From an uncultured Planctomycetota bacterium (GTDB taxonomy: Bacteria > Planctomycetota > Planctomycetia > Isosphaerales > Isosphaeraceae), in NCBI GenBank assembly GCA_963737655.1, contig CAVTTN010000002.1:6688001-6752000 (forward strand): a stretch of DNA of 64,000 bases. The letters are read 5' to 3'. Of this stretch, positions 1 to 8,559 are shown piece by piece. Position numbers and translations under genes: made by a program. Position 1 is the first letter of the stretch; each line of letters starts with the position of its first letter. The notes beneath the pieces are model-generated. The model was not told the DNA's origin and did not search any database. It saw only the letters and a program-made list of their open reading frames with translations.

Positions 1-147
1 GTCGTGCGATTCCAGCACCTCGTTCAAGACTCCGAGGAGAATGCGTTTCGGATGGTCGAGATCGAACAACCGACGACGACGATCGACCGAGAACGTGACG
101 AAGTGGACGTAGAGCCGGTCGTCGAAGATGCGGCGTCGGGTCGCCAT
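1..147 (-). CDS. REP-associated tyrosine transposase (RAYT / Y1 HUH), N-terminal part, runs off the window start
   Basis: Manual translation from ATG at 147: [49 protein letters not shown]. 'HFVTFS..RRR' is typical of Y1/RAYT N-termini; GAGG RBS upstream; REP doublet adjacent. Not in the ORF track. Confidence 0.7.
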   Translation of the reverse strand, partial: MATRRRIFDDRLYVHFVTFSVDRRRRLFDLDHPKRILLGVLNEVLESHD

Positions 148-197
148 GCCGCCTCGGACTCCCACGGTTGCACTCACGACCAGTCATGGACCAAACT

Positions 198-303
198 GGG
201 TGCCCCCGGTTCTTGAACCGGGGCGGCGCAGCCGCAAGAGGCCATCGTTCATCGACCGGCCTCTTGTCGCTTCGCGACCCCGGTTCAAGAACCGGGGGCA
301 CCC
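198..303. repeat. REPIN-like doublet: two inverted 26-bp palindromic REP units
   Basis: 198-223 gggtgcccccggttcttgaaccgggg is the exact reverse complement of 278-303. Each unit is itself a hairpin, and the inner caagaggcc/ggcctcttg also pairs. Confidence 0.85.
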
Positions 304-356
304 GAATACCTCGCCATCAAACCTCGATGGTCGAACTCATCGAACTCATCGAACTT

Positions 357-377
357 GGTGCATTTCATGCACCCTAC
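357..377 (-). repeat. GTAG-type REP element overlapping the fusA stop codon
   Basis: Minus strand reads GTAG-GGTGCAT-GAA-ATGCACC; near-identical copy at 12965-12985. Confidence 0.7.
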
Positions 378-2476
378 ATGCCTCCCAAAATCTCCAGCAT
401 GCTGTCGGGGGCGGCGGCGTATTCGAGGGGTTCCATGCTGTAGCTGGCCCGGCCCTGGCTGAGGCTTCTTACCGCCGTGGAGTAGCCGAACATCTTTTCG
501 AGGGGGGCGCGGGCCTCGATGACCTTCAGGCGGCCCCGGTCGAAGGTGTTGGTGATCTCGGCCCGGCGGCTCATGAGGTCGGCCATCACGTCGCCGAAAT
601 AATCCTCGGGCGTGACGACTTCGAGCTTCATGATCGGTTCGAGGAGGACCGCCCCGGCGTCGTGGACGGCCTTGCTCAGGGCGTCGGCGGCGGCGAAGCG
701 GAAGGCCAGCTCGTTCGAGTCGGTGTCGTGCGACTGGCCGTCGACGAGCGTGACCTTCAGATCGACCAGGGGGAAGCCCGTGCGGCCTCCGGACTTGGCC
801 TCCTCGCGGATTCCCGCCTCGATCGCCGGGAGGAACTCGCCGGGGATCACCCCTCCCTTCAGCGAGTTCAGGAACTTGACCGGCGCGGCCCCCTTGGGCT
901 GAGTCTCGGGTTCGAGGTCGATCGTGACCTTGGCGTAGAGGCCCGAGCCTCCGGTCTGGCGGATGCACGTCCCCTGGACCTTTTTGACCGCTTTTTTGAT
1001 CGTCTCCCGGTAGCTCACGCGGGGGCGGCCGACGTGGACCTTGAGGTTGAAGTCCCGGATCATCCGGTTCTTGAGGATCTCCAGGTGGAGCTCGCCCATC
1101 CCTGAGATCAACGTCTGGCCGGTCTCCTCGTTCACCTTGAAGGAGAACGTGGGGTCTTCGCGGGCCAGGGCGTTCAGGGTGTCGGCGAGCTTCCCCTTGT
1201 CGGACGAGCTCACCGGCTCGATCGACATCGAGATGACCGTCTCGGGGAATTCGATCTTCTCCAGGAGGATCGGGTGCGAGGGGTCGCAGAGCGTGTCGCC
1301 CGTGACCGAGTCCTTCAGCCCGACCACGCCGACGATGTCTCCGGCCGCCGCTTCCTCGACCTTCTCGCGGTCGTCGGCGCGGATGTGGTAGAGCCTGGAG
1401 GCGTTCTCCTTCTTGTCCTTGCCCGGGTTCAGCGGTCGGGAGCCTCCGGCCTTGAGCTTCCCGGAATAAATCCGGACGAAGGCGAGGTCGCCGTGGGCGT
1501 CGTTGGTGATCTTGAAGACCAGGCCGCAGAACGGTTCGTCGGGGTCGGGCTTGCGGACGATTTCCGTGCCTTTTTTCGGGTGATGGCCGACGATCGGCGG
1601 CTTGTCCAGCGGGCTGGGCAAGTAGAGCTTCACCGCGTCGAGCAGCTTTTGAACGCCGACGTACTTGAAGCTGGACCCGCAGAGGACCGGCTGGGCCTGG
1701 CCGGTCAAAGTGGCTCGCCTCAGGGCGTCGCGGATGGCCTCGACCGTCAATTCCTCGCCTTCGAGGTGGGCCATGTACTGCTCGGCGAACGGCTCGTCGA
1801 ACCCGGAGAGGGCGTCGAGCATCTTTTCTCGCCAGAGGTCGGCCTCGGGGCGGAGGTCGTCGGGGATTTCGGTCTCGGTGATCGTCGAGCCGAGGTCCTC
1901 GGTCTTGTAATAGAGGGCCTTCAGCTCGACCAGGTCGATCAGGCCCTGGAATTCGCCCATCGTCCCCTCGGGGCCGGCGCCGATGGGGATCATGATGGGG
2001 ATCGGGTGGCTTTCCAGGCGTTCGGAGATCTCGTTGAAGACGCGGTCGAACTCGGCGCCGATGCGGTCCATCTTGTTGATGAAGCAGAGGCGGGGGACGG
2101 AATACTTCGTCGCCTGCCTCCAGACGGTCTCGCTCTGCGCCTCCACGCCTTCGACGGCCGAGAACACGACGATGGCGCCGTCCAGGACGCGCAGGGAGCG
2201 CTCGACCTCGGCGGTGAAATCGACGTGGCCGGGGGTGTCGATGATGTTGATCGTCACGTCCTTCCACTTGCACGTGATCGCGGCGGCGACGATGGTGATG
2301 CCTCGCTCGCGCTCCTCCGGCAGGTAGTCGGTGACGGTGTTCCCCTTGTCGACGTCCCCCATCCGGTGGGTTTCGCCCGTGTAATAGAGGATGCGTTCGG
2401 TGGTGGTGGTCTTCCCGGCGTCGATGTGCGCGATGATGCCGATGTTGCGCAGGGAGCGTAATTGGGCGGGGTCCAT
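374..2476 (-). CDS. fusA: Elongation factor G (stand-alone copy)
   Basis: 700 aa; AHIDAGKTT, ERERGITI, DTPGHVDF, NKMD, GMGELHLE, LLEPIM motifs. Confidence 0.95.
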   Translation of the reverse strand: MDPAQLRSLRNIGIIAHIDAGKTTTTERILYYTGETHRMGDVDKGNTVTDYLPEERERGITIVAAAITCKWKDVTINIIDTPGHVDFTAEVERSLRVLDGAIVVFSAVEGVEAQSETVWRQATKYSVPRLCFINKMDRIGAEFDRVFNEISERLESHPIPIMIPIGAGPEGTMGEFQGLIDLVELKALYYKTEDLGSTITETEIPDDLRPEADLWREKMLDALSGFDEPFAEQYMAHLEGEELTVEAIRDALRRATLTGQAQPVLCGSSFKYVGVQKLLDAVKLYLPSPLDKPPIVGHHPKKGTEIVRKPDPDEPFCGLVFKITNDAHGDLAFVRIYSGKLKAGGSRPLNPGKDKKENASRLYHIRADDREKVEEAAAGDIVGVVGLKDSVTGDTLCDPSHPILLEKIEFPETVISMSIEPVSSSDKGKLADTLNALAREDPTFSFKVNEETGQTLISGMGELHLEILKNRMIRDFNLKVHVGRPRVSYRETIKKAVKKVQGTCIRQTGGSGLYAKVTIDLEPETQPKGAAPVKFLNSLKGGVIPGEFLPAIEAGIREEAKSGGRTGFPLVDLKVTLVDGQSHDTDSNELAFRFAAADALSKAVHDAGAVLLEPIMKLEVVTPEDYFGDVMADLMSRRAEITNTFDRGRLKVIEARAPLEKMFGYSTAVRSLSQGRASYSMEPLEYAAAPDSMLEILGGM

Positions 2477-2684
2477 AAGCCGGGTCCAGTTCCGAGGAGG
2501 GTCCGCGCCGGGGAGGGCCCGTCGGAGGAAAGCGTGCGGGTTCCGTGGCCCTGTATTGTATCGAGGTGGACCCGATCAGGGAATTGCCCGTGAATCGGAC
2601 GGCCCCGGCGGGGAAAAAATCGAACCGGAACCCCTCGCCGTGGCACTATGAGGCGATCTCACGAGGGTTCGAGGAGGCCGATCG

Positions 2685-3956
2685 GTGGAGATAGGTCGTC
2701 GGGGGGACGTGGCGAAGCGGTTCCGGGCCCTGTTCGAGGCCGGCTCCGCGTCGGGCTTGAGCGATCCCGAGCTGCTGGATCGCTCGCTTTCGGGCGGGGT
2801 GGCGGCGGAGGTTGCCTTCGCGGCCCTGGTCGAGAGGCATGGGCCGATGGTCCTCCGCGTCTGCCGGCGGGCCCTGGGAGACGTTCCCGACGCCCACGAT
2901 GCGTTCCAGTCCACGTTCCTGATTTTGGCCCGCCGGGCGGCCTCGATCCGCGATCGGGGCTCGGCGGCGAGCTGGCTCCATGGAGTGGCGCTTCGGGTGT
3001 CGCGAACGGCCCTGGCGAACGAGGCGAGGCGGAGGCGTCACGAACGGGCCTCGGCCCTGGGAAAGTCCTCCGTGGCGACGGCCGAGATGCCCGACGACCT
3101 CGGCTCGGCGCTCCATCAGGAGGTCGGCCGCCTGCCGGGTCGGTTCCGGGAGCCGGTGGTGCTCTGCTATCTCGAAGGCCGGTCGTGCGAGGAGGCCGCC
3201 GAGGCGCTGGCCGTCCCCGTGGGGACGGTCAAGAGCCGATTGGCGACGGCCCGGGGCCGGCTCCGGGATCGCCTGACCCGGCGTGGCCTCGCGCCGTCGG
3301 CGGCCGGGGCGGTGGCGACGCTCCTGGCGGCGGAGGGCGCCTCGGCCTCGGCGGCGCCTCTGCCGGGCCTCTCGGTCGAGACGACGACCGAGGCCGCCCT
3401 GCGATTCTCGAAGGTTCCGGCGATGGCGGGCTCCGGGATGGTCCCGGATCGGGCCCTCGCCCTGGCGAAAGGGGTGCTCCGAGCCATGATGATGAACAAG
3501 CTGAAGGTCGCGGCGGTCGCCCTGAGCGGCGTCCTGGTCCTCGGCTCGGGCCTCCTGGCCCAGCAGGCCCCGCCGGCCGGAACGACCACGACCCAGGACG
3601 ATTCGGTCCGCCTCCAAGAGATGGAGAGGAAGCTCGACCGCCTGTTGCGAGCCGTCGAGGGCCCGAAAGTCGGGGTGACGGCGACGACGGTCCGGACCAC
3701 CGAACAATCGGCCACTCCGCCCGTCGCGATCCCCGCTCCTCCCATGGTCCCGGCGGTCCCGGAGGGGAGCATCACCGTCAAGAACACGTCCGCCCCGTTC
3801 CCCTGGCAGCACACTCAGGCGAGCGTCGATCGGATCACCGCCATCGAGCAGAAGCTGCAACGGCTGGAGGAGCGGATCGGCCGGCTCGAAGCGAAGGTCT
3901 CGGGCGAGGGCCGGACGTCCGCCGAGGTGAAGACGGTCGTCGATCCGTTGAAGTGA
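2685..3956 (+). CDS. ECF sigma-70 factor with transmembrane segment and C-terminal extension (planctomycete type)
   Basis: HGPMVLRVCRR..DAHDAFQSTFLIL (sigma2), VLCYLEG..EEAA..GTVKSRL (sigma4), hydrophobic stretch and coiled-coil tail. Start approximate. Confidence 0.9.
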   Translation: MEIGRRGDVAKRFRALFEAGSASGLSDPELLDRSLSGGVAAEVAFAALVERHGPMVLRVCRRALGDVPDAHDAFQSTFLILARRAASIRDRGSAASWLHGVALRVSRTALANEARRRRHERASALGKSSVATAEMPDDLGSALHQEVGRLPGRFREPVVLCYLEGRSCEEAAEALAVPVGTVKSRLATARGRLRDRLTRRGLAPSAAGAVATLLAAEGASASAAPLPGLSVETTTEAALRFSKVPAMAGSGMVPDRALALAKGVLRAMMMNKLKVAAVALSGVLVLGSGLLAQQAPPAGTTTTQDDSVRLQEMERKLDRLLRAVEGPKVGVTATTVRTTEQSATPPVAIPAPPMVPAVPEGSITVKNTSAPFPWQHTQASVDRITAIEQKLQRLEERIGRLEAKVSGEGRTSAEVKTVVDPLK

Positions 3957-3961
3957 TCGAT

Positions 3962-3996
3962 CGACGGGGAGGGCCGCGACCCGGCCCTCCTCGTCG
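3962..3996. terminator. Hairpin between convergent genes (possible bidirectional terminator)
   Basis: cgacgggagggccg...cggccctcctcgtcg imperfect inverted repeat, no U-tract. Confidence 0.4.
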
Positions 3997-4001
3997 CTTG
4001 C

Positions 4002-5419
4002 TCAGCCCTCGAGAAAGCCCGCTTTCGATGAGGAGGAGCCGTCCTGGTGCTGCAAGGCCCCCATGTCGGCGAACCCTCCGGTCGACAGGCCCGGGATCGG
4101 GCCGGGCGTGCCGAGTGCGCGGCACGAGGCGCCTCCCCCGAACGCGTTGTTCAGGCTCCAGTCGCCGGCCGAGGGATTCGTGAACGGGCTGGCCGTGAGG
4201 ATCACGTCCAGGACGTTCGCATACGGCGCCACCCCGTTCACTCCGCTCGTGTCGTCGCAGTTGAATCGGCCTCCCCAGGCGTTGTTGTAATAGGCATTGC
4301 CGTCGTATCGGGGATCGGCCGGGAGGCCGGAGGCGCCTCCGCCCACGTAGCCGTAGCCGCCATTCTGGCTCATCAGGTTGTTGCGGACCTGGCCGTTGAT
4401 CAGGTTGCTATCGACCTTGTTGATCCCATGACGGCCGCTGTTGTGGATCGTGTTGAACATCGCCACCGTGCCGTAGCCGATCCTCACGCCGTCGGACGAC
4501 GATCCCGAATTGTTGACCACGACGTTCCACGCCACGGCATCGTCGTAGGTCGCCACGATCCCCACCCCGGCGTTGTCGTGGACGTGGTTGCGGAGGATCT
4601 TCACGTTGGCGCTATTGGTGTAGATCGCCGTGCAGCCCGAGAGGCCGCCGGTGACCTGGCAATCGCTGATCGCCGAGTCGCCCACGGTCGCGGCGATGCC
4701 ATACTGGGCGAAATTCGCGACCTTGCACCGCCGACAGTCGGAGAACTGGCCGGCCAGGACGACCCCGCTGGACATCGCCATCCCGACGCAATCGATCGAG
4801 GCGCCGTCGAGGATCCAGCCGGTCCCGGAGAAGTTCAGGGCGGTGATCGGCGAGGGATCGGTGCCGTTCGCCCCTCCGGCGGAGAGCTTCAGCGAGAACA
4901 TCCCGCCGTCGCCCCGGCTCGTCGAATAGCCGAGCACGCGGCTGGGCGGGACCGAGTTGCTCGGGCTCGGCGAGATCGACGCGGAGAAGTTGATGGTGGT
5001 CGTCGTCGAATAGGCCGGGCCCGACCCCCGGACGAACGCCTTGTTCGAGGCGATCATCGCCGCCGCCAGGGCGTTCAGCGTCGCCAGGGCCCCGCCCACC
5101 CGGCCGGTCGTCCCCGATCCCGAGCCGGCCGAGCGATCGAGCGTGACGTCCTGGGCCCCGACATATCCGGTGATTTCGTAGAAACCGGCCGAGAGCGGAC
5201 CGCCGCTTAACTGGATGAGGTTGCCGACCATCGCCGGAGTGAACCCTCCGGAGGCGGTATGGAGGTTCGTCGTCCCCGAGGCGGAGAGGTCCGAGAGCGT
5301 CAACTGGGGCGAATCCTGCTGAGAATAGTCCGTCCCGGGGGCCCGGCGCGGAACCCCCCGCCGTTGCCATCGTTGCCGGTCGAGCGGCACTCCCACACGG
5401 TCGCCGAAGACAAGGCCAT
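4002..5419 (-). CDS. Right-handed parallel beta-helix protein; one frameshift near 5345
   Basis: Likely start ATG 5419 (MALSSATVWECRSTGNDGNGGGFR) joins the long ORF at GTDYSQQ via an indel in a G/C run; Asn/Gly-rich beta-helix repeats (NHVHDNAGVGI, NTIHNSGRHGI). Confidence 0.6.
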
Positions 5420-5559
5420 GACCAGTCACCCCCGATCGATCGGTACAGACACCGCCCGCCCCGCCTCGCTGGAGTCCGGGTCGGGCCCTGACCTGTACCA
5501 TCGCGACCGGGAGCCACCTCGATCATGCGATCCCTCACCATCCCAGATTGTCTCCGGGT

Positions 5560-7470
5560 TCATCCCCGGTCGAGATACCGGCGAAACCACAATTCCAGCA
5601 TCAGGAGCGCCCACAACCGATAGGCATGATCGCGGAGCCCCGACTCGTGCTCCTCGATCAGGGTTCGGACCGCCTCGGGCCGGAAGATCCCGCGATCGAG
5701 GCTGATCGGGTCGAGCAGGACGGCGCGAAGCTCGTCCTTGAGCTCGCCCCGGAACCAGCGGTCGATCGGCACGCCGAACCCCATCTTCGGCCGGGTGCGG
5801 ATCGGGGGCGGGAGCAGGTCGGCGAAGGCCGCCTTCAGGGCGACCTTCGACCGCCCCCCCCGCAGCCGGAGCTTGCGGCCGACCGGCAGGGCCAGGGCCA
5901 TCTCGACCACGCGATGATCGAGGAACGGCCCCCGGCATTCCAGCGAATGGGCCATGCTCGCCATGTCCACCTTGACGAGCAAGTCATTGGGCAAATACAG
6001 GAGCAGGTCGGCGACCTCGGCCCGCGTGACCGGATCGCGCCTGGAGGCGACTTCCCAGGCATCGAACAGGAGAGACGCCGGATCGGGCTCGCGGATGTTC
6101 ACGAGAAGATCCAGGAAATCGTCGGAGAACAGGGAGGCCCGGCTCGATTCGTCGAATGTGGTCATCCAGCGGAGATAGCGGGCCTGGGGCGTCTCGGTAA
6201 TCCCTTCCAGGAGTCGCCGGATGCGCCTCAACCGGGTCTTTGCCCGGGACGATGCGGGAATCGCCCTCGCCACCGGACCGGCCAGGACGCCTCGGGGGCC
6301 GTCGGGCAAGCGGTCGAGCATCGCCGCCAGGGCCACGGCCCGGTAGCGGTCGTACCCGCCGAACAACTCGTCGCCCGCGTCGCCGGTGAGGGCCACCGTC
6401 ACGTGCTCTCGGGTCATTTTCGACACGAACCACGTCGGCAGGGCCGAGCTGTCGGCGAACGGCTCGTCGAACTGGTCGGCCAGCGAGGGCACGGTCTGCC
6501 ACGCCCGGGGCTCGAGTCGGAAGGCGTGGTGCTCGGTCCCCAGATACTTCGCCGCCATCTCGGCGTAACGCGTCTCATCGAACGCCGGGTCGTCGAAGCC
6601 GATCGAGAACGTCTTGACCGGCCCGCTCGCATACTTTTGCATCAGGCCGACGATGATCGTCGAATCGATCCCGCCCGAGAGGAACGCGCCCAGGGGCACG
6701 TCCGCCACCATCTGCTCGCGGACGGCGTCCCCCAGGAGTTCGCGGAGCTTCTCGGCCTCCTCGCCCGGAGGCTGGGCCTTCTCGACGTTCCACGCCGGCT
6801 CCCAGTAGCGTTCGAGGGTCATCCGGCCCTCGTGCCAGACCGCCAGGTGGGCCGGGGGTAGCTTGAAGACGCCGTCCAGGATCGTCCCGGGATGCGGGAC
6901 GTATCCATACGTCAAATACCGATCCACGGCCGACGGATCGACCCTTCGAGGGACGTCCTTCTCGGGCAGGGTCAACAACGCCTTGAGCTCGCTCGCGAAG
7001 CTGATCCGCGACGGATCGACCCGATAGATCAACGGTTTCTGGCCCAGGCGGTCGCGGGCGAGGACCAGGACCTTCTTGACCGAGTCCCAGATCGCCAGGG
7101 CGAACATCCCCCGGAGGAGGCGGACGAACCCCGGGCCCTCGTCTTCGTACAAATGAACGAGCACTTCCGTATCGCCCGACGAGCGCAAGGTATGCCCGGT
7201 GGCCTCCAATCGGCGGCGGAGGCTGGGGAAGTTGTAGATCTCGCCGTTGAAGGCGGTCCAGATCGTCCCGTCCTCGTTCGAAAGCGGCTGATGGCCGCCG
7301 GAGAGGTCCACGATCGAAAGCCGACGGAAACCCAGTGCGGCCGAATCGTCGCGATATGTCCCCGAGTCGTCGGGCCCGCGGTGGCGGAGCCGATCGACCA
7401 TCCCGCCCAGCTCGCGCTCGGAGATCGCCCGGCCCGGGTCGTTCCAGGCCGCCCCGCAGATCCCGCACAT
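5560..7470 (-). CDS. asnB: Asparagine synthase (glutamine-hydrolysing) family amidotransferase
   Basis: MCGI N-terminus, HRGPD, NGEIYN, LSGGIDS, LTGDAGDELFGGY, PFLD motifs. Confidence 0.95.
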   Translation of the reverse strand: MCGICGAAWNDPGRAISERELGGMVDRLRHRGPDDSGTYRDDSAALGFRRLSIVDLSGGHQPLSNEDGTIWTAFNGEIYNFPSLRRRLEATGHTLRSSGDTEVLVHLYEDEGPGFVRLLRGMFALAIWDSVKKVLVLARDRLGQKPLIYRVDPSRISFASELKALLTLPEKDVPRRVDPSAVDRYLTYGYVPHPGTILDGVFKLPPAHLAVWHEGRMTLERYWEPAWNVEKAQPPGEEAEKLRELLGDAVREQMVADVPLGAFLSGGIDSTIIVGLMQKYASGPVKTFSIGFDDPAFDETRYAEMAAKYLGTEHHAFRLEPRAWQTVPSLADQFDEPFADSSALPTWFVSKMTREHVTVALTGDAGDELFGGYDRYRAVALAAMLDRLPDGPRGVLAGPVARAIPASSRAKTRLRRIRRLLEGITETPQARYLRWMTTFDESSRASLFSDDFLDLLVNIREPDPASLLFDAWEVASRRDPVTRAEVADLLLYLPNDLLVKVDMASMAHSLECRGPFLDHRVVEMALALPVGRKLRLRGGRSKVALKAAFADLLPPPIRTRPKMGFGVPIDRWFRGELKDELRAVLLDPISLDRGIFRPEAVRTLIEEHESGLRDHAYRLWALLMLELWFRRYLDRG

Positions 7471-7642
7471 GATGGAAGGCCCTCATCGGATGGGTCGTGG
7501 CCACCACTCTAGCATGGGGGCGGTCGGCTTTCAGCGGCCATCGCTCCACACCGCCCACTGCCCACCGCCCGGCGGGAGTGCTAGGATCGATCTACCTCTC
7601 CCGCCTCGGCCCCCTGAATCCTCTCGCCTCGGGCGGTGATCC

Positions 7643-8455
7643 ATGCGCATCCGGATCGGCTACGACATCGTGTTCGACGTCCCCCATCCTACCCCCGTCG
7701 TGATGCTGTTGCGGGTCCACCCTTCGGCCCAATCCCTGCTGATCGGCCCGGAGGCCCCTCGCCTGGAGCCGGATTTGCCCACGTCGAGTTATGGCGACTC
7801 GTTCGGGAATCGGGTCGATCGGATCGTCGCTCCGGCGGGGCGGCTCCGGCTGACGAATGACGCGATGGTGGAAGTGGACGGTCGGCCCGACCCGGTCGAG
7901 CCCGGGGCCGAGCAGCTCGCCGTCTCGGACCTCCCGCCCGAGGCGATCCCGTTCCTCCTGGCCAGCCGCTACTGCGAGGTCGATCGGCTCGGCCAGGTCG
8001 CGTGGGACCTCTTCGGCTCGGGCCCACGAGGCTGGGGCCGGGTCCAGGCGATCTGCAACTGGGTCCACAACCATCTGACCTTCGACTACATGTCCGCTCG
8101 ACCCACCAAGACGGCGTTTGACGCCTACCACGAGCGCCGGGGGGTCTGCCGGGATTTCACCCATTTGGCCATCACCCTCTGCCGATGCATGAACATCCCC
8201 GCGCGGTACGCCACCGGCTATCTCGGCGACATCGGCGTACCGCCGTCGCCGTCCCCGATGGATTTCAGCGCGTGGTTCGAGGTCTACCTGGGAGGCCGAT
8301 GGTGGACGTTCGACGCCCGCCACAACGTCCCCCGGATCGGCCGAGTCCTGATGGCCCGGGGGCGAGACGCCGTCGATGCGGCGCTGACGACCTCGTTCGG
8401 GCCGACCTTCCTGGCGAAGTTCGAGGTCTGGACCGACGAGATGCCCGGATCTTGA
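7643..8455 (+). CDS. Transglutaminase-like protein
   Basis: SRYCEVD, GVCRDFTH, IPARYATGYL, DFSAWFEVYL, GRDAVD motifs. Confidence 0.9.
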   Translation: MRIRIGYDIVFDVPHPTPVVMLLRVHPSAQSLLIGPEAPRLEPDLPTSSYGDSFGNRVDRIVAPAGRLRLTNDAMVEVDGRPDPVEPGAEQLAVSDLPPEAIPFLLASRYCEVDRLGQVAWDLFGSGPRGWGRVQAICNWVHNHLTFDYMSARPTKTAFDAYHERRGVCRDFTHLAITLCRCMNIPARYATGYLGDIGVPPSPSPMDFSAWFEVYLGGRWWTFDARHNVPRIGRVLMARGRDAVDAALTTSFGPTFLAKFEVWTDEMPGS

Positions 8456-8559
8456 GGCGGAAGAGTGCGGGGAGAGGAATGATCGACCCTCGCTTGAGGA
8501 ATCCCGAAGGGTCGGGTATCCTCGGGATGTTAAACAAGGTTCGACCACGCGGATCGGGG

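Noticed and set aside
331..356. TCGAACTCA x3 microrepeat
   Set aside because: Short intergenic tandem repeat with no supporting context.
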